A stretch of DNA of 63,648 bases, counting the filler, from Nemertoderma westbladi (lineage: Eukaryota; Animalia; Xenacoelomorpha), in assembly GCA_032718475.1 (NCBI GenBank). It is 4 parts of 4 records of this genome, joined end to end, with 100 filler letters (N's around TTAATTAATTAA, not from the genome) between each part and the next. Parts side by side here need not be neighbours in the genome. Positions count along the whole stretch, not along the records: positions 1 to 13,405 come from JAUCBJ010003766.1; positions 13,506 to 33,668 come from JAUCBJ010003624.1; 2 more parts are not named here. The stretch is one strand, 5' to 3'. The notes under the pieces were generated by a model, which was given only the letters and a program-made list of their open reading frames with translations, was not told the origin of the DNA and did not search any database. Below, piece after piece: positions 1 to 15,080 of the stretch (position 1 is the first letter of the stretch; each line of letters opens with the position of its first letter). A program made the position numbers and the translations under genes.

Positions 1-2280
<2,280 letters not shown>

Positions 2281-3124
2281 CTGCATCTGTACATGTGACA
2301 GTATATTTGATTATCAACTACATTACATAGTGGTTTCCTACAATATTTCCCAGTTCCCGTTTATTGCTTTGGTTCCTTTCAACATGCCTCGGTAACCTGC
2401 TTCTTTAGTAACCTACCTACAAGTAGGTGTGCAGTATCTGTAGACATAGTTGTATGCCTACCGTGAACCCCAATCTAGGACTACTTAAGTATAACTGTAC
2501 TGTATATTGTATTGCATGGTCCACTTTATGCCGTGTAAATCCTCTGCATTACAGATGGATCAAAGGACTACGCATCAAATATATTGCCATCTCTTTTAAA
2601 CCATTGGAGTTCTCATATGTCGCATCTCTTTGTTAGTAAATAACGCCAATGACTTGGAGTTAATGTACTTCCTGCCATTAATGTCACTTAGTTTTTCATT
2701 ATTCCGTACTCCTAAATATTCTACTTTGTGTAATGTAATCAGGTTTTTATGGACAATTATTGTCATTATCAATTATTTATTAATTGACAGTTTGTATGAA
2801 CCATAGGACCATTTATTTCTAAATGTCAGAAATTTCCTCCACACATTACAATTTCATCCGTTTTTCTTCCTGCCTTGTGGTCGGTTATCACTTATCACCG
2901 ATGTGTCACTGGGGGTAGTTAGGTATTTACCTCTGCAAAGTTAATCGGCACCTCAGATGGGATGATTATTATTAGAATCGCACTGTACATTAATATTATG
3001 TAGCGCGTTTCTTTTTGGTTTATCACGCTTTATTATTGAATTGAACTCATTCTTCATTATTTTATTTTGTATGCATCTTTCAAATAAGATCAACTTGTCA
3101 ATTATCTCCTTGGAGTCAGCTAGA

Positions 3125-3575
3125 CGACAGTGGTTTTCAGTTGTATACCCTTCAGTCACATACGGTTGCGAAGTTTTCTACAATCCAGACGACATCCCCA
3201 CCCTCGACCATGTGTACCGTGTAAGAGGATTTTTTCTGGGAAGCTATGGTGCGGGGTGAACAAATTCGCCTCCACAACAACCATCCTCAGCGCCGTGGAT
3301 AATCCTAACTGTGTCTCGGACGGTGAGATAGACCTCGCCTGTTGTCCGGCCTCCGTCGTAGAGCTGCAGCCCAGATGTTATCCAATGGATACCACCAGAA
3401 AGTCTGCTGTGCAGCTAACTGTTGGCGCCCGAAAGACATATGTATGTATATGCTGGCTCTGTCGTCATCCCGCAGTAGATAAAGACCACGCGAAAACCTG
3501 TTCAGCCATATCCTCCTTCAGCTCGGACCTCAGACTTGCCCTATTCCTCCTCTGTCTTAAAAATCCGGACCAGGA
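3125..3575 (+). pseudogene. Degenerate LINE ORF2 C-terminal fragment
   Basis: SVVYPSVTYGCEVF resembles the post-RT P.L.YG.EVW motif of LINEs; frameshifted afterwards. Confidence 0.4.
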
Positions 3576-3584
3576 TATATAAAT

Positions 3585-4137
3585 GAAGGAATTATTTTAT
3601 CAAGTTTAATGGACATAAGATTGAAAATAAAAAGGAAGTTAAATATTTAGGCGCCACATTGGATAACTGCTTATCAGGAGAAAGCATAGTGAAAAATATT
3701 TTCTCGAAAATTAACAATAGGCTTAGGTTTCTATACAGAAATAAAAATAGTTTGAACACCGACTCCCGCAAGTTACTTTGATCTTCTTTAATACAGTGTC
3801 ACATGGACTATGCGTGCTCTTCTTGGTATGAAGGCTTAACCAAACAGCTTAAATGTAAATTACAAGTAGCTCAGAATAAAGTAGTACGATTTATTAAAGA
3901 CTACAAACCTAGGCACCACCTAACTCCAGATTACGTTTAATATTGGTTTTAGGTTAGCGTAGTGTAATATTGTATTTGTAACCAGGTAATATAAAGGACC
4001 CCCTTGGAAATAAGCTGCAAAGCTTTAGGGGTAGTCCTATATGTTATGTTGGACAATACCTTTATACCGGTACATTGTTTGGTGTATTTGTTATTGTTTT
4101 TACATAATGTATAAATAAATCTATCTATCTATCTATA
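3585..4137 (+). mobile_element. 5'-truncated L2/Crack-type LINE 3' end
   Basis: Manual translation EVKYLGATLD..RLRFLYR..IQCHMDYACSSWY..KLQVAQNKVVRFI with one stop; 3' UTR GACCCCCTTGGAAATAAG, AATAAA and (CTAT)n tail. Confidence 0.8.
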
Positions 4138-4672
4138 AGTTTTTACCCCGTTAAACTGGGTTAACCTTAGTTATATAGTTTTAATAAATATATTTATTAA
4201 TAATGTATGTGTGCTTTAAATTTTACTATATATCCATGAAGGATAATACAATCTTTTCGCTTATTATTTTATGTTATATTAAACTGACTGGGGGACTATG
4301 AACTACTGTACGGCCAACGCTGATCAGATGAGTTGCAGGGTGGGACAATCGGTGGGGTAATCGTGATATTTTACGTCGGAACTCTCAACAGCATTCAATT
4401 TTTCAATGGATCGTAATTTTTCGAATATTTTTATATCACTTGTTTAGTGTTTCTATGTATATTATTTTAGTTAATTGATTCAAACAGTCGGGTACGATAC
4501 CCATGGTTATATCCGAACCTGCATCCATTGCCTCCTTCCATTGTATCAACGTGTCCTCAAGATGGTGGATTAGTGTTTCTGCCTCGAAACACCATAGCCA
4601 ATTAGTTTCAGTGTCAGTGTAAGTAGTGGATATGTCGGTCTTCACAAAAATTGCCATAATGCTTCTTTGGAT

Positions 4673-5100
4673 TTACCATCTGTTGCAGAATGGACTTGGT
4701 TGCGCAGTGTCGGCAGTTTTCAGCTTTAACAATCGCAATATCGGAAGCCGCTCACTGATCCATCCAGACCTTGAGCAACAAAATCTGCTTTGATCCCACA
4801 CTGTACATACCTCCTTGTCCAGATGTCCCATTGCCATAAACTGAGGCAATAAATCCTCAAGTACATCACGACCCTCATCAATGTCTTTTATGATCAAACC
4901 CTCAGATTTGCAGTTTAGGGCATGAGTGACAGTGAAGTCTACACTACAGCCTTCACACCAAGTGGGGAGGACTGGAGGGGTTAATCCATATCGCGATAAA
5001 GGTTATCCCGGAAAGTCTCAGGGGCCACTAGGATAGTATGCTCTGGTCATGCAGTGCTGCGTTGGTTGAACCAGTACGATGAGATGCAGTCCGATCCTCT
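4673..5100 (-). pseudogene. CRE-clade (RLE-type) non-LTR retrotransposon C-terminal relic
   Basis: Manual translation ETFRDNL/RYGLTPPVLPTWCEGCSVDFTVTHALNCKSEGL..RDVL matches the CRE CCHC knuckle region; stops and frameshift. Confidence 0.65.
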
Positions 5101-5246
5101 AAAAGTTGACATTAGAAAGGGAACGAATAACAATAAATAGCACCTGCATTGGTATATAAACGTTATACCTCCTCCATCTCCCTACATTCCTATATTCCCA
5201 CATTCCCATATTCTCACAATCACCCCCTCCCATCCACTCACCATAA

Positions 5247-5470
5247 CACCAAGCTCCATCCTACCTCCAAACCCACCCACCCACCATCACACCAAGCTCC
5301 ATCCTACCTCCAAACCCACCCACCCACCATCACACCAAGCTCCATCCTACCTCCAAACCCACCCACCCACCATCACACCAAGCTCCATCCTACCTCCAAA
5401 CCCACCCACCCACCACCACACCAAGCTCCATCCTACCTCCAAACCCACCCACCCACATTGCAACCCACCC
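5247..5470. repeat. 43-bp C/A-rich minisatellite, ~5 copies
   Basis: CACCAAGCTCCATCCTACC starts at 5247, 5290, 5333, 5376, 5419. Confidence 0.95.
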
Positions 5471-6812
5471 ACTCTCGCCATAAAACAAATTTGATTTGTT
5501 TTGGCTTTGGCTTTGCGGTGCATTCTGAGATTATACACATGAGCCTACAGAAGTTATTACTTCGGATTGATTATCAATGCTAGAAATGCCAGCTTTCAGC
5601 TTTCAAGTTAGAAACAAGCATACGACAAGTTCATTAGGAAAGGTGTGAGTAAACGTCACCATAGGCTACAATGCGTTCTTGCTTGTAATTTAAATCTGAA
5701 TATTGAAAGTTGTAATAAGTTCATGTATGTGACCAGGGCCTTAGAAGGCTCAGGATCTTATCCGAAAGCAGGACCCCGTTGTTGGTGCACTTCTTTCCAC
5801 CAGTTCCAGATGAGTGCCATCGAGAAACCAAAACCGACAACAAAATGATACAAAACAATACGAATTATGCACACTAAAATTATTGAGTATCTGTTGTACT
5901 AACATGTATGCAAGGATGACAATTCATAACGTGCACTTCATTTAAAAGAAGAATAAATTAATCCATTTCATTTCATTATATGATGTGATTGTTCGCCAAA
6001 TCCGGTCTGCTACTGTAATAAAAAATTATTGCTTTCGGGCAATTGGATAATGGATAATTCAATTGGTTCAAGTTACAGACGAAATAAACATGAATTTCAG
6101 AATTTTTAATCCTCTTAGGATTTTCACTGATACGTCGGTACATGAGATTTAATCAAACAATTACGAAACACACTTTCCATAACAATATGATATTAATGCA
6201 CTGGGCTTATTAGCTTAAATATCAACTTAGTTGACGTTTCATGTCGTTCACAGAAATCACTGTAACTCAAAAGCTCTCCATGATTTTAAATAAATCCAAC
6301 GATCAATAGTAACCAGAGAGAGAGAGAATTTTAAGGGAGACGAATATGAATGTCCCGACGCAAGGCAAAATATATCGGCTACGAAGCCGATAATTCTCGC
6401 CAAGAATATATTGGGTCTATTTTGGAATGGAGAATTTCCACTTCGATTGATTGATTTTCACCACATCTGCGCTTTATCTACCCCGATACTACTGGGATGT
6501 TTTACCCCAAAAGTAGGTAATTTCACACCGAAAATGAAATGTGTCGACAGACATGAATGAAATAAAAGAAAAAAAAGGAACGAAAACTAGGCGCAGTGTA
6601 ATTGGCTGTTCAGAATATGAGGATGAATATGATATGTTTGTTGTTGTGTGACTGGAGCACTGGAGGGTGCTCCATTCATAGATATATTTATTTTTTATAC
6701 ATTATGTCAAATCTACGGTTGCTGAATTGTGCCAATTAAAAAAACTTTCATCCATCAAAAATACATTTTATTAATTTGCACAGAAAAATCAATTAATTAC
6801 AATAAAATGTAG

Positions 6813-6994
6813 GCCTCTACTGTATAGCCTCTACTGTATAGCCTCTACTGTATAGCCTCTACTGTATAGCCTCTACTGTATAGCCTCTACTGTATAGCCT
6901 CTACTGTATAGCCTCTACTGTATATCCTCTACTGTATAGCCTCTACTGTATAGCCTCTACTGTATAGCTTCTACTGTATAGCTTCTACTGTATA
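6813..6994. repeat. 14-bp minisatellite (TAGCCTCTACTGTA)n, ~13 copies
   Basis: Direct tandem repeats. Confidence 0.95.
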
Positions 6995-7649
6995 TTGGTG
7001 TTGTCCAACATATTATTTATGATGACCAGAACAATTTTGCAGCTTTATATAACAGATAACATGCATGGTACTGTATCATGTGTGAAGAAACGAACTTTTT
7101 GCGACATATTTTTTTAAATTACTAATTTTTAACTAAATTAATATATTGCAATCCATAAAATGTATTATTTTTAATTAAATTAATAAAAAATTAATTAAAA
7201 TTGGCAATAATATTTGAAACTAATTTTTTAAAAATAGTTATTGGTAAGTTTTGCAAGATCATTGGAAAACCTTTGAAAGGAGCCGATAATTATCCAAATC
7301 TTGTTGTTGGTGAATAATGGCGGAAGAGTTCTGGTATTACTTTGAATATTTAAAATGTTATTCCTAGATAATTGCCTTTAATCTTCACTCATACAGAGAG
7401 ATGTTAAACATAACATTTTGAAATTAATTGGTGAAAAATCCCAGAGGTGTTTCCACTTCATGAAAGACTGAAGAAATGTAGGTTGATCAGCATGAGCATT
7501 TACAGAACCATGACACCAGTGGGGCCTTCTTGCAGTAAAAGCTGCAGACATGTTTAGCGAACAATTATAATTATACTATGGCACGTTATATATTGGCTTC
7601 CGACAATAATTATGGCTATCGCAGATGGGGGGCAACTGAACGCAATAAA

Positions 7650-7850
7650 AATTCATCCCTCACCAGTGGAAATTCGACGCAAATAACAGCTGATTACTCA
7701 AAATAAAACTGTAACCTGTTCTATTTTGTTTAGTTTATTGTGCCACTGTAACCATATAACATAATAACGTGCCACTGTAACCTGCTCCTTTACCTAAATT
7801 GAGAATTTAACATTGAGGCGGGATTTTAATTCGCCAAGGTGGGATTTGCG
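7650..7850 (+). repeat. Dispersed ~200-bp repeat (second copy ~11400-11590; inverted partial copies ~27355-27560)
   Basis: Shared GTGCCACTGTAACCTGCTCCTTT and collinear flanks at both loci; AAGGAGCAGGTTAC and AACCAAAACAATAAACGA at 27.4 kb. Confidence 0.7.
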
Positions 7851-7965
7851 TCCAGTTCCCCCCCCCCCCCCTGTCTCCGCTTCTGACACACACACACACA
7901 CACCCCTACTTTCGGAAAACGGTTATAGTAGAATTATATTTAAAGTTTTACTACATTAAGTCTTA

Positions 7966-8246
7966 CTACTACTACTAGGTCGAGCGAACTCGGCCAGTGG
8001 AAATGAGATCCTTCCAGGCTTCCCGATTCTCCATAGTTGTCGCAATTTCGTTTCTCCCAAGTTCAGTATCCCTTTCAAGTTGATCTATATATGTTATGGC
8101 AGGTCGTCCACGACTACGCTTTCCAAGAGTTGGTTGCCAGAGAAGTAGATCTGGTATGACCTCGTCTTTACTTCGCCAGCAGTGCCCACTGAATCTTAAT
8201 CTGCATTCACGGAGGGTGGTTGATACAGGTGGTATTGTACCATAAG
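7966..8246 (-). mobile_element. 5'-truncated RTE LINE copy
   Basis: Near-identical to the 3' end of the 49-kb RTE; (TAG)n tail; 13-bp TSD ACATTAAGTCTTA at 7953-7965 and 8247-8259. Confidence 0.92.
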
Positions 8247-8791
8247 ACATTAAGTCTTATTCCCTACTAACTACAAAATAACCATAGAATCAGGAGTCAG
8301 GACATTAAGCCCAAATAGTACCCGGCCACATGGTCCATAATAATTACAAAACAACAAAACATACAAAACAAACAAACAAAACACACATTCATTAAATGCT
8401 CAACACACAAGTGAGAATCACTCACCCAACTTAAATCTAACCGCCATACAGTAGGCCTACTCTACATGTTACCGGTATTAAACTGCACAAAAACTGCAGT
8501 TAGCCTATATTCTATATGAAAAAATATATTACCTTTTAGTCGCCGCAAAATGGGAAGAACTAGAGCAAAAATATTAATTTCTAAAAAATGTGATTGCGTT
8601 TCGGTGTCCGAGACCCAGTACGCTGCTAATCTCCGATACCTCATCAGCTTGATAATGGATTGGCAAAAGCCTATCTATATTGCCTCAACTACCTAATAAA
8701 ATTGCATGTGAAGAATACCACTAATTTTATATTAATTGATGAAGTTATATTAATTTATTAGTTTTCTGCCGTTATATTTCACTTTGCAGTT

Positions 8792-9018
8792 ACGCCCATG
8801 TGAAGAATACCAGGTTTTCACCAAAAACACAGGTTACATAAGGGCTGAATGTAACCAAAACAATAAACGAATTAGTATATGTACAGGTTATAAGACAGAA
8901 ACAAGCGCTATAAAACACTTAATAAAGATAAATAAAAAAAAATAAAAAATCTTCATATTTAAAATTCCAATAAAAAGTCGACCGAAAAGTGAAATCCTGG
9001 GATTCTTCACATGGGCGT
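8792..9018. mobile_element. MITE with ~30-bp TIRs and 3-bp TSD
   Basis: ACGCCCATGTGAAGAAT (8792) and ATTCTTCACATGGGCGT (9002-9018); GTT on both flanks. Confidence 0.7.
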
Positions 9019-10061
9019 GTTAATTTTCACCCAATCCCCTTAGCAGTGTCAGTTCCCCTACTTCCCGACTCGCCCCACGATCAATTATGTTTTATTCGAA
9101 GTGATTGAACTGTTGAGAGGAATTGTTTTTAATCTCTTATGAATTCCTTTCATTTCACCAAACTTGCCTTCCAAAGTTGCCCACGCACCGCACATGTTAT
9201 GAATAATGGATCATGAGAGCATGAAAGGCAGTATTGGCAGGTGGAATAAGGAAGCTCACCAAAACCATTAAATATGGGTGCCAACAACATCTCGTGCGTA
9301 TTGAGTGAAGATTTAAGGGCGATAAATTGTTGGATCCTGGAAATTTATATGTTGTGTCGTTAACATGTTAGATTTCCACTGATGAAATGATACAGCTAAA
9401 GTAAAAGATCCCGAACTTAGTGACCGTTCTTTACTCTATTGAGTCAAGAGTCCTCCAACTTACCCATATCTGCATCATTCACAAATAAAACATACCGTTA
9501 TTTACCTAAACTTCGTTGTGTCGTTAATATTACTCGAGAACCAACGCATTCCGTGATGGATAATTAAGTTTAATTACATTCTGCAACAGTCAAGTCTGGC
9601 GTTTGATACCGGTATCACCCCGTGAATTTCATTATCCCCAATTCAATAATAGCAATGCACTTTCAATCCGCCACATAACGTAAGCAACTAGAGAAACAAC
9701 AAACGCTCACTCAAGTTCCCCTGTCGTTATTTTTGTATTGGACCACCTGGGACTATTTAATCGGCAATCACGTTTAATATAGCTGCTAATTGGTGCGCTA
9801 TTCGCAGTGTAATATTTAATTATTCATTGCTTATTCATCTCCTGCGAGCAAACAGATACAAATGTAGGATAACAATGTTTTATATCCAATATTTGTCACT
9901 ATCATCATCACTCCACTTTTTGTATTAATCACAAGTTAACGGAGCTGATTTATAATATTATATAATTCTGTCAATTATGCATTTCAAGGTTGTGTTCAAA
10001 CTACATCCTTATTCAGGAACTATTGTGTTATAGTAGTATAAGGTGAAGACAGAAAACTTAC

Positions 10062-10121
10062 CTGAAGAGGCAACCAACAAAAGCCAAACATTGCAACGAC
10101 AACAATCAGCATTTTTACAAC
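10062..10121 (-). CDS. Class A GPCR exon, TM6
   Basis: AG/GT-bounded 60-nt phase-0 exon encoding VVKMLIVVVAMFGFCWLPLQ (CWxP motif). Confidence 0.9.
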
Positions 10122-10356
10122 CTGTATGAAAAAGAATTCTATTAACATTAAACATCTAAGAAAATTTGCAATACCTACGCTACCTAAGATGGAAATATCT
10201 TGTTAATTATCAAACATTTAAATAAATAAACTTTATCTGTACGATGATGAGTGTACTCTAGGTATGTAAAACAGTATTAAATAGAACTGAAATCACAAGT
10301 ATTATATTTTTGGTTCGCTCTTGTTTGTGCCTTTTGGTGTGACTATTTAATCTAAC

Positions 10357-10848
10357 CTTTTGTTTTGTACGAGCCTGACTACGGTCCCTGACATTGTCTC
10401 TGTTGCCTGGTGCTTGGTGACCCCACAGCTTTGCAGCTATTACAGAGTAAGTGAAAGACAACAGGAACAGGGGGACCAAGTAGGTGGCAAACAGTATAAT
10501 CATCGTATAAGCCAATAATTCGTGGTCGTCCAATATCTCCACACATTGTCCATCAACGGTTCGAGTGAAAACTAATTGGGCGACAGATATGGACAGAGAT
10601 ATCGTCCAAATTATTCCGATAATGACCAGCGCTTTATTCTTACTTCTTGCAAGAGAACGCATAGGGAATAGTACAGCTTGAAACCGGTCTAGACCTAGGG
10701 CCGATAATGTAAACACTGATCCGCATACGGACAACACCTGCATAAACTTTGCTATGGGGCAAAATGCGTCCCCGAATGTCCAACGCAGCAACATAACTTC
10801 CGTGAATGTAAATGGAATGCAGAATATACCCATTGTAACATCAGCAAT
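10357..10848 (-). CDS. Class A neuropeptide-type GPCR exon, TM2-TM5 (tachykinin/luqin/NPY-receptor-like)
   Basis: AG/GT-bounded 492-nt exon: ADVTMGIFCIPFTF, WTFGDAFC, LDRF (DRY equivalent), TM4 Trp, YLVPL..TY. TM1 and TM7 exons not found. Confidence 0.9.
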
Positions 10849-13405
10849 CTGCAATATATAACCGATAAACTTTTTCAATATAAAGTACAGTTGTAGCGTT
10901 TACATGTGGTTTACATTGCTTATATAATTAATGAGATAAGATGTTAAACTATCGCTGATATTTCAAAAATATTGAACTTCTCAAAACTATCGGTATAACG
11001 TCGATCATCATTAAATAATATTTATATTTGATCCGGAAGCAGTTAATTAATTGTAAATAATTCTAATAAGGTAAGGTAAGGGAGAACGTTGGAAATTTGA
11101 ATGACGTGTGTCAATAGCCATTATATAGAAGAAATACAAACGTAAACCCATTTATGACATGGATACGTTAAAATAATATATTTCAACATGAATGTGTAGG
11201 TCTGCAACACGGCCATGTTGGGCGATATTTTTGTTACAGGACATTCATTCATTTATTTAATGACCTTAATATAATTTTATATACATGATAATAATTTCCT
11301 GGAATATCTCTAATTATGTACTCAATAATTCACGGAATATAATGTCTGTAATATGGAAATCAACCGTGAATTTTCTGATAATATTAGATTCGACGCATTC
11401 AAAATTCATCCCAATCCTGGGGAAATCGACGCAGATAACAGCGGATTACTCTCAAAAAATAAACAATAACATGTTCTATTGACTTTCGTTTATTGTTTTG
11501 GATAGAATAACGTGCCACTGTAACCTGCTCCTTTCCATAATGCGATAATTTAACGTTGAGACGATAGTTTAATTAGCCGAGTTTAGCTTTAAATCAAGTT
11601 GTTTCTTGTCTCCTAAATTTGCATGCAAAATTATAATCATTGCATGTGGTCGGAACATATTACGGCGATCCAATTTAAAAAAGCCTAAAATATATTAAGA
11701 AGAAAACCGACCCATCTAATAATGATTACTCAAAAAACAATCATCCTCTCATCGATTTTTGCTGTTCTTCAGATCACTCCCGCTTACCGAATGGTTTATT
11801 AGAATATGAACTGATGGCCTACAGTGAATCTTATATAATATGTATTCACTAAGTTGCTCCTGGGAGTTCAGATGGTTAGAGGAAAGGGACGACACGGGGA
11901 AAAAAATCAATGATAATAATCATTGAAAACCCACCTCTGTACAATATCTCATAACTTTCCAGTATAGGACGAATCTCAGATTTCTTTGTAGGAATCAATG
12001 GCCCAGGGCATCACGCCACAACTGGCGCCAAGTAATAATTACAGTTAGGGTCGATAATAATCACGACTCCAGTCGATATGTCTTGTTGGGATAATTGGAG
12101 CCGGATGTGTGTGGGGGCGGGAATAGCATGCGATCGGTCTATGATGATTGAGTTACAGTATGTTTGTTTAGTGAAAAATTTCAGGATGTAAATGTGAGAG
12201 GGGTTTGAACGTGACAACTCAATAATTTGAATTCGAGCTTCTGTTTTTGTGGTAATGACAGCATATTCTTATACTGCGTGTTCCTTCAGTTTGTACATAA
12301 AGTAATAAGGTTGTACTTGAAAGTGGAAACACGTCTCATCGTTCGAAGTCTCATTAATGTTACATAGGCTATAGAAGAATAGAAGCCATAGCTTGCCGCG
12401 TTGCGAACAAACGGCCTACCTGCTGAAATATCGTTATACTTCCAGAACTGATTTATATAGATATCAAAGAACAGAAGATACACAAATTTAGAGGCATTGT
12501 TACGGAAGCCCAAAGTGGCCAAACAAACACACACACATCATTTTTCGTTTTATGGGTATGGGGGGGGGGGGGGGGGGGGGGGGGGGGTGTGTGTTTGGGG
12601 TCCAGTTGTTTGTGTGGTTGTCCAGTAACTCAATACTCAACTGATTATTGGTAACATTACCGTTTAAATTTATATTATTGTAAAATAATACCGCAAATCG
12701 TAATCCTAGGTAAATTAGTGCTTTGTATTTTTCTATACACGATTCAAATTACAAAGTGGGTACTTTATCAAGGATTGCCCGATATCCCTATATTCCAAAG
12801 GATGCCTGTTGAATGATTAACTAATCATGACTCGAAGGTTAGTTTTCAGTAAATGAATAAGAACGAAGCGAGCAAACTAAGTTGAATGCCCTTTGCCAGC
12901 ATTTAAAGTTATCCGTGATTGATTACCAATTGGCCATATTATCTTTAAAAATTAGTGTTTTGCCACCTCTGATCTACAAAGTCCCTCCAAATATCAATAT
13001 CAGGTTATGGCAGAGCTCTGTGGGCCTTTGTATACGAAAGGGTAAGTAAGGTATTATAGTACTCATTAAATATATTATCATTGGTTTGGAATTCTACTGC
13101 GATACCTGGGGTACACTGATGGTACAAGTACATACTACACATTTATTATGTATTATATTAATATTCTTTTATTGTACAGAATTGTGGGTACATGTTATTC
13201 CAGTCAGTAGTACAGCCTATGATGTTTTATGGAAGTCCCTGTGGGAGGTGGGTTTGAATTGTACTTACACGAGAATGCGAAGCATTCAGGGTTCATGGCT
13301 ACAGATCTGCGTGCTCAGCTGAACAACGAAATCTGCCTTGCGGCGGCATGACTGGTCCTCTCTTTTGCAACAGCCAAGTGTGAGATCCAGCTGCACACTA
13401 CAGCT

Positions 13406-13505
13406 NNNNNNNNNNNNNNNNNNNNNNNNNNNNNNNNNNNNNNNNNNNNTTAATTAATTAANNNNNNNNNNNNNNNNNNNNNNNNNNNNNNNNNNNNNNN
13501 NNNNN
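13406..13505. other. Artificial contig linker
   Basis: 44N-TTAATTAATTAA-44N; the 12-mer gives stops in all six frames. Confidence 0.97.
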
Positions 13506-13822
13506 CTGTGGCTGTGGCTGTGGCTGTGGCTGTGGTTGTGGCTGTGGCTGTGGTTGTGGCTGTGGTTGTGTGCTGTGGCTGTGGTTGTGGCTGTGGCTGT
13601 GGCTGTGGCTGTGGCTGTGGTTGTGGCTGTGGCTGTGGCTGTGGCTGTGGTGTGGCTGTGGTGTGGCTGTGGCTGTGGTTGTGGCTGTGGCTGTGGCTGT
13701 GGTGTGGCTGTGGCTGTGGCTGTGGCTGTGGTTGTGGCTTGTGGCTGTGGCTGTGGCTGTGGCTGTGGTTGTGGCTGTGGCTGTGGCTGTGGCTGTGGTT
13801 GTGGTTGTGGCTGTGGCTGTGG
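13506..13822. repeat. (CTGTGG)n microsatellite at contig start
   Basis: Tandem CTGTGG/TTGTGG. Confidence 0.97.
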
Positions 13823-13896
13823 GGAGTGCCTCAGGTCTTAAATCAGAGTCTTACAAATTCGAACGTTAACGAACAAATTCGAACGTTACTGTTCCA

Positions 13897-13965
13897 CCTT
13901 GGTGTAGTGGTTGCTTTGAAATCACATCTCCAATAGGTCGTGGGTTCGATCCTCACATGGACCAG
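13897..13965 (+). mobile_element. tRNA-derived SINE head or tRNA pseudogene
   Basis: A box TGGTGTAGTGG and B box GGTTCGATCC; no convincing cloverleaf. Confidence 0.5.
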
Positions 13966-15080
13966 GGCAGTTTTTGTTCGATCGGCAATAGGCCTAACTA
14001 TACAAAATGTAGTATTATTGCCTAGCAACCAATTCATAGCTACTGTATGATTTTCACTTTGAGACATTTCACCCTCTAGCAGCAGACTCGGATCTTCAGA
14101 CTACTCTGTTACTCCGCAAAAAGATATAGCCTATATTGTAATAGATACCGACTGGGGGGTCAAAATTAAGTAATAATATATCTAAAAAGTATCAAACACC
14201 TTGCCTCATGGCTCGCCCCTCAGAACTCTTAAGCAATATAGCTTCATAGTTTTTAATGAAAACTGGTAAACGAGATTTGTTACTTACGCATACCTCGCAG
14301 ACTTAAGTAATTAATTATACAGTAGGTTACATCGTTTTGGGAGTAGGACCATTGGAAACAGCGCCCTCGAAAACCTCAGTACAAATAAAATTAATAAAGA
14401 TTAACAGGGTATAGCTTGTTATAATAAAACATAAATTATAATATGGTAGAACAATTCGGGTTGTAAATAAAAACAAATTCAATAAATTTAAGATAAACTG
14501 TATATAACTTATGTATTAAATGAGGGCCTTATTTAATTATGTGCGGTTAGACGCGCGTGGACTGCTTCGCAATACAATGCGAAAGAATGCAAACTATTGC
14601 CATACCAGATGTTTATTCTAATTTCTTGGATGAGTTGATGTAATAACGAAGCTATAGGTTTGAATAATTTAAGCTCTATCGCATGCCCCATTCACGTAGG
14701 TCCCATTCACGCATTGATGTTTGGGTTAGTCATGCTACGGTTAATAAGAGCCCGAGCAGCCACAGATTATTGAGGGACTGAGCTAGGACCAAACTGGGCC
14801 GCACAGTGCCTATTGTATTGTATATTTCGTTTGTTATAGTACAATTTATTCATTTCGCGTCCCTATCTGATTGATTTGTATCAAATTAAATTGCCTTTGG
14901 CAACATTATTTGATACGAGTCGATTGATTAAACAATTAATTAATTGTTTAATCAACCAATTAATTAATTGATTAATTAATTAATGACCTACTTAACACCC
15001 AAGGTGTGAAGTTGGACTAAACTGTCGCCGAAATAGGGTAAACCATTACTACTAACAGTTTTTAAGTTAATATACTAACT

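Noticed and set aside
5149-5583. His/Pro-rich ORF
   Set aside because: Translation of the 43-bp minisatellite.
13508-13936. Cys-Gly, Trp-Leu and Val-Ala repeat ORFs (metallothionein-like look)
   Set aside because: Translation of the (CTGTGG)n microsatellite.
14802-14808. CACAGTG as the missing Transib 3' TIR
   Set aside because: Following bases do not match GGCCAAAAG and the flank GGCCG does not match the expected TSD TGCAG.
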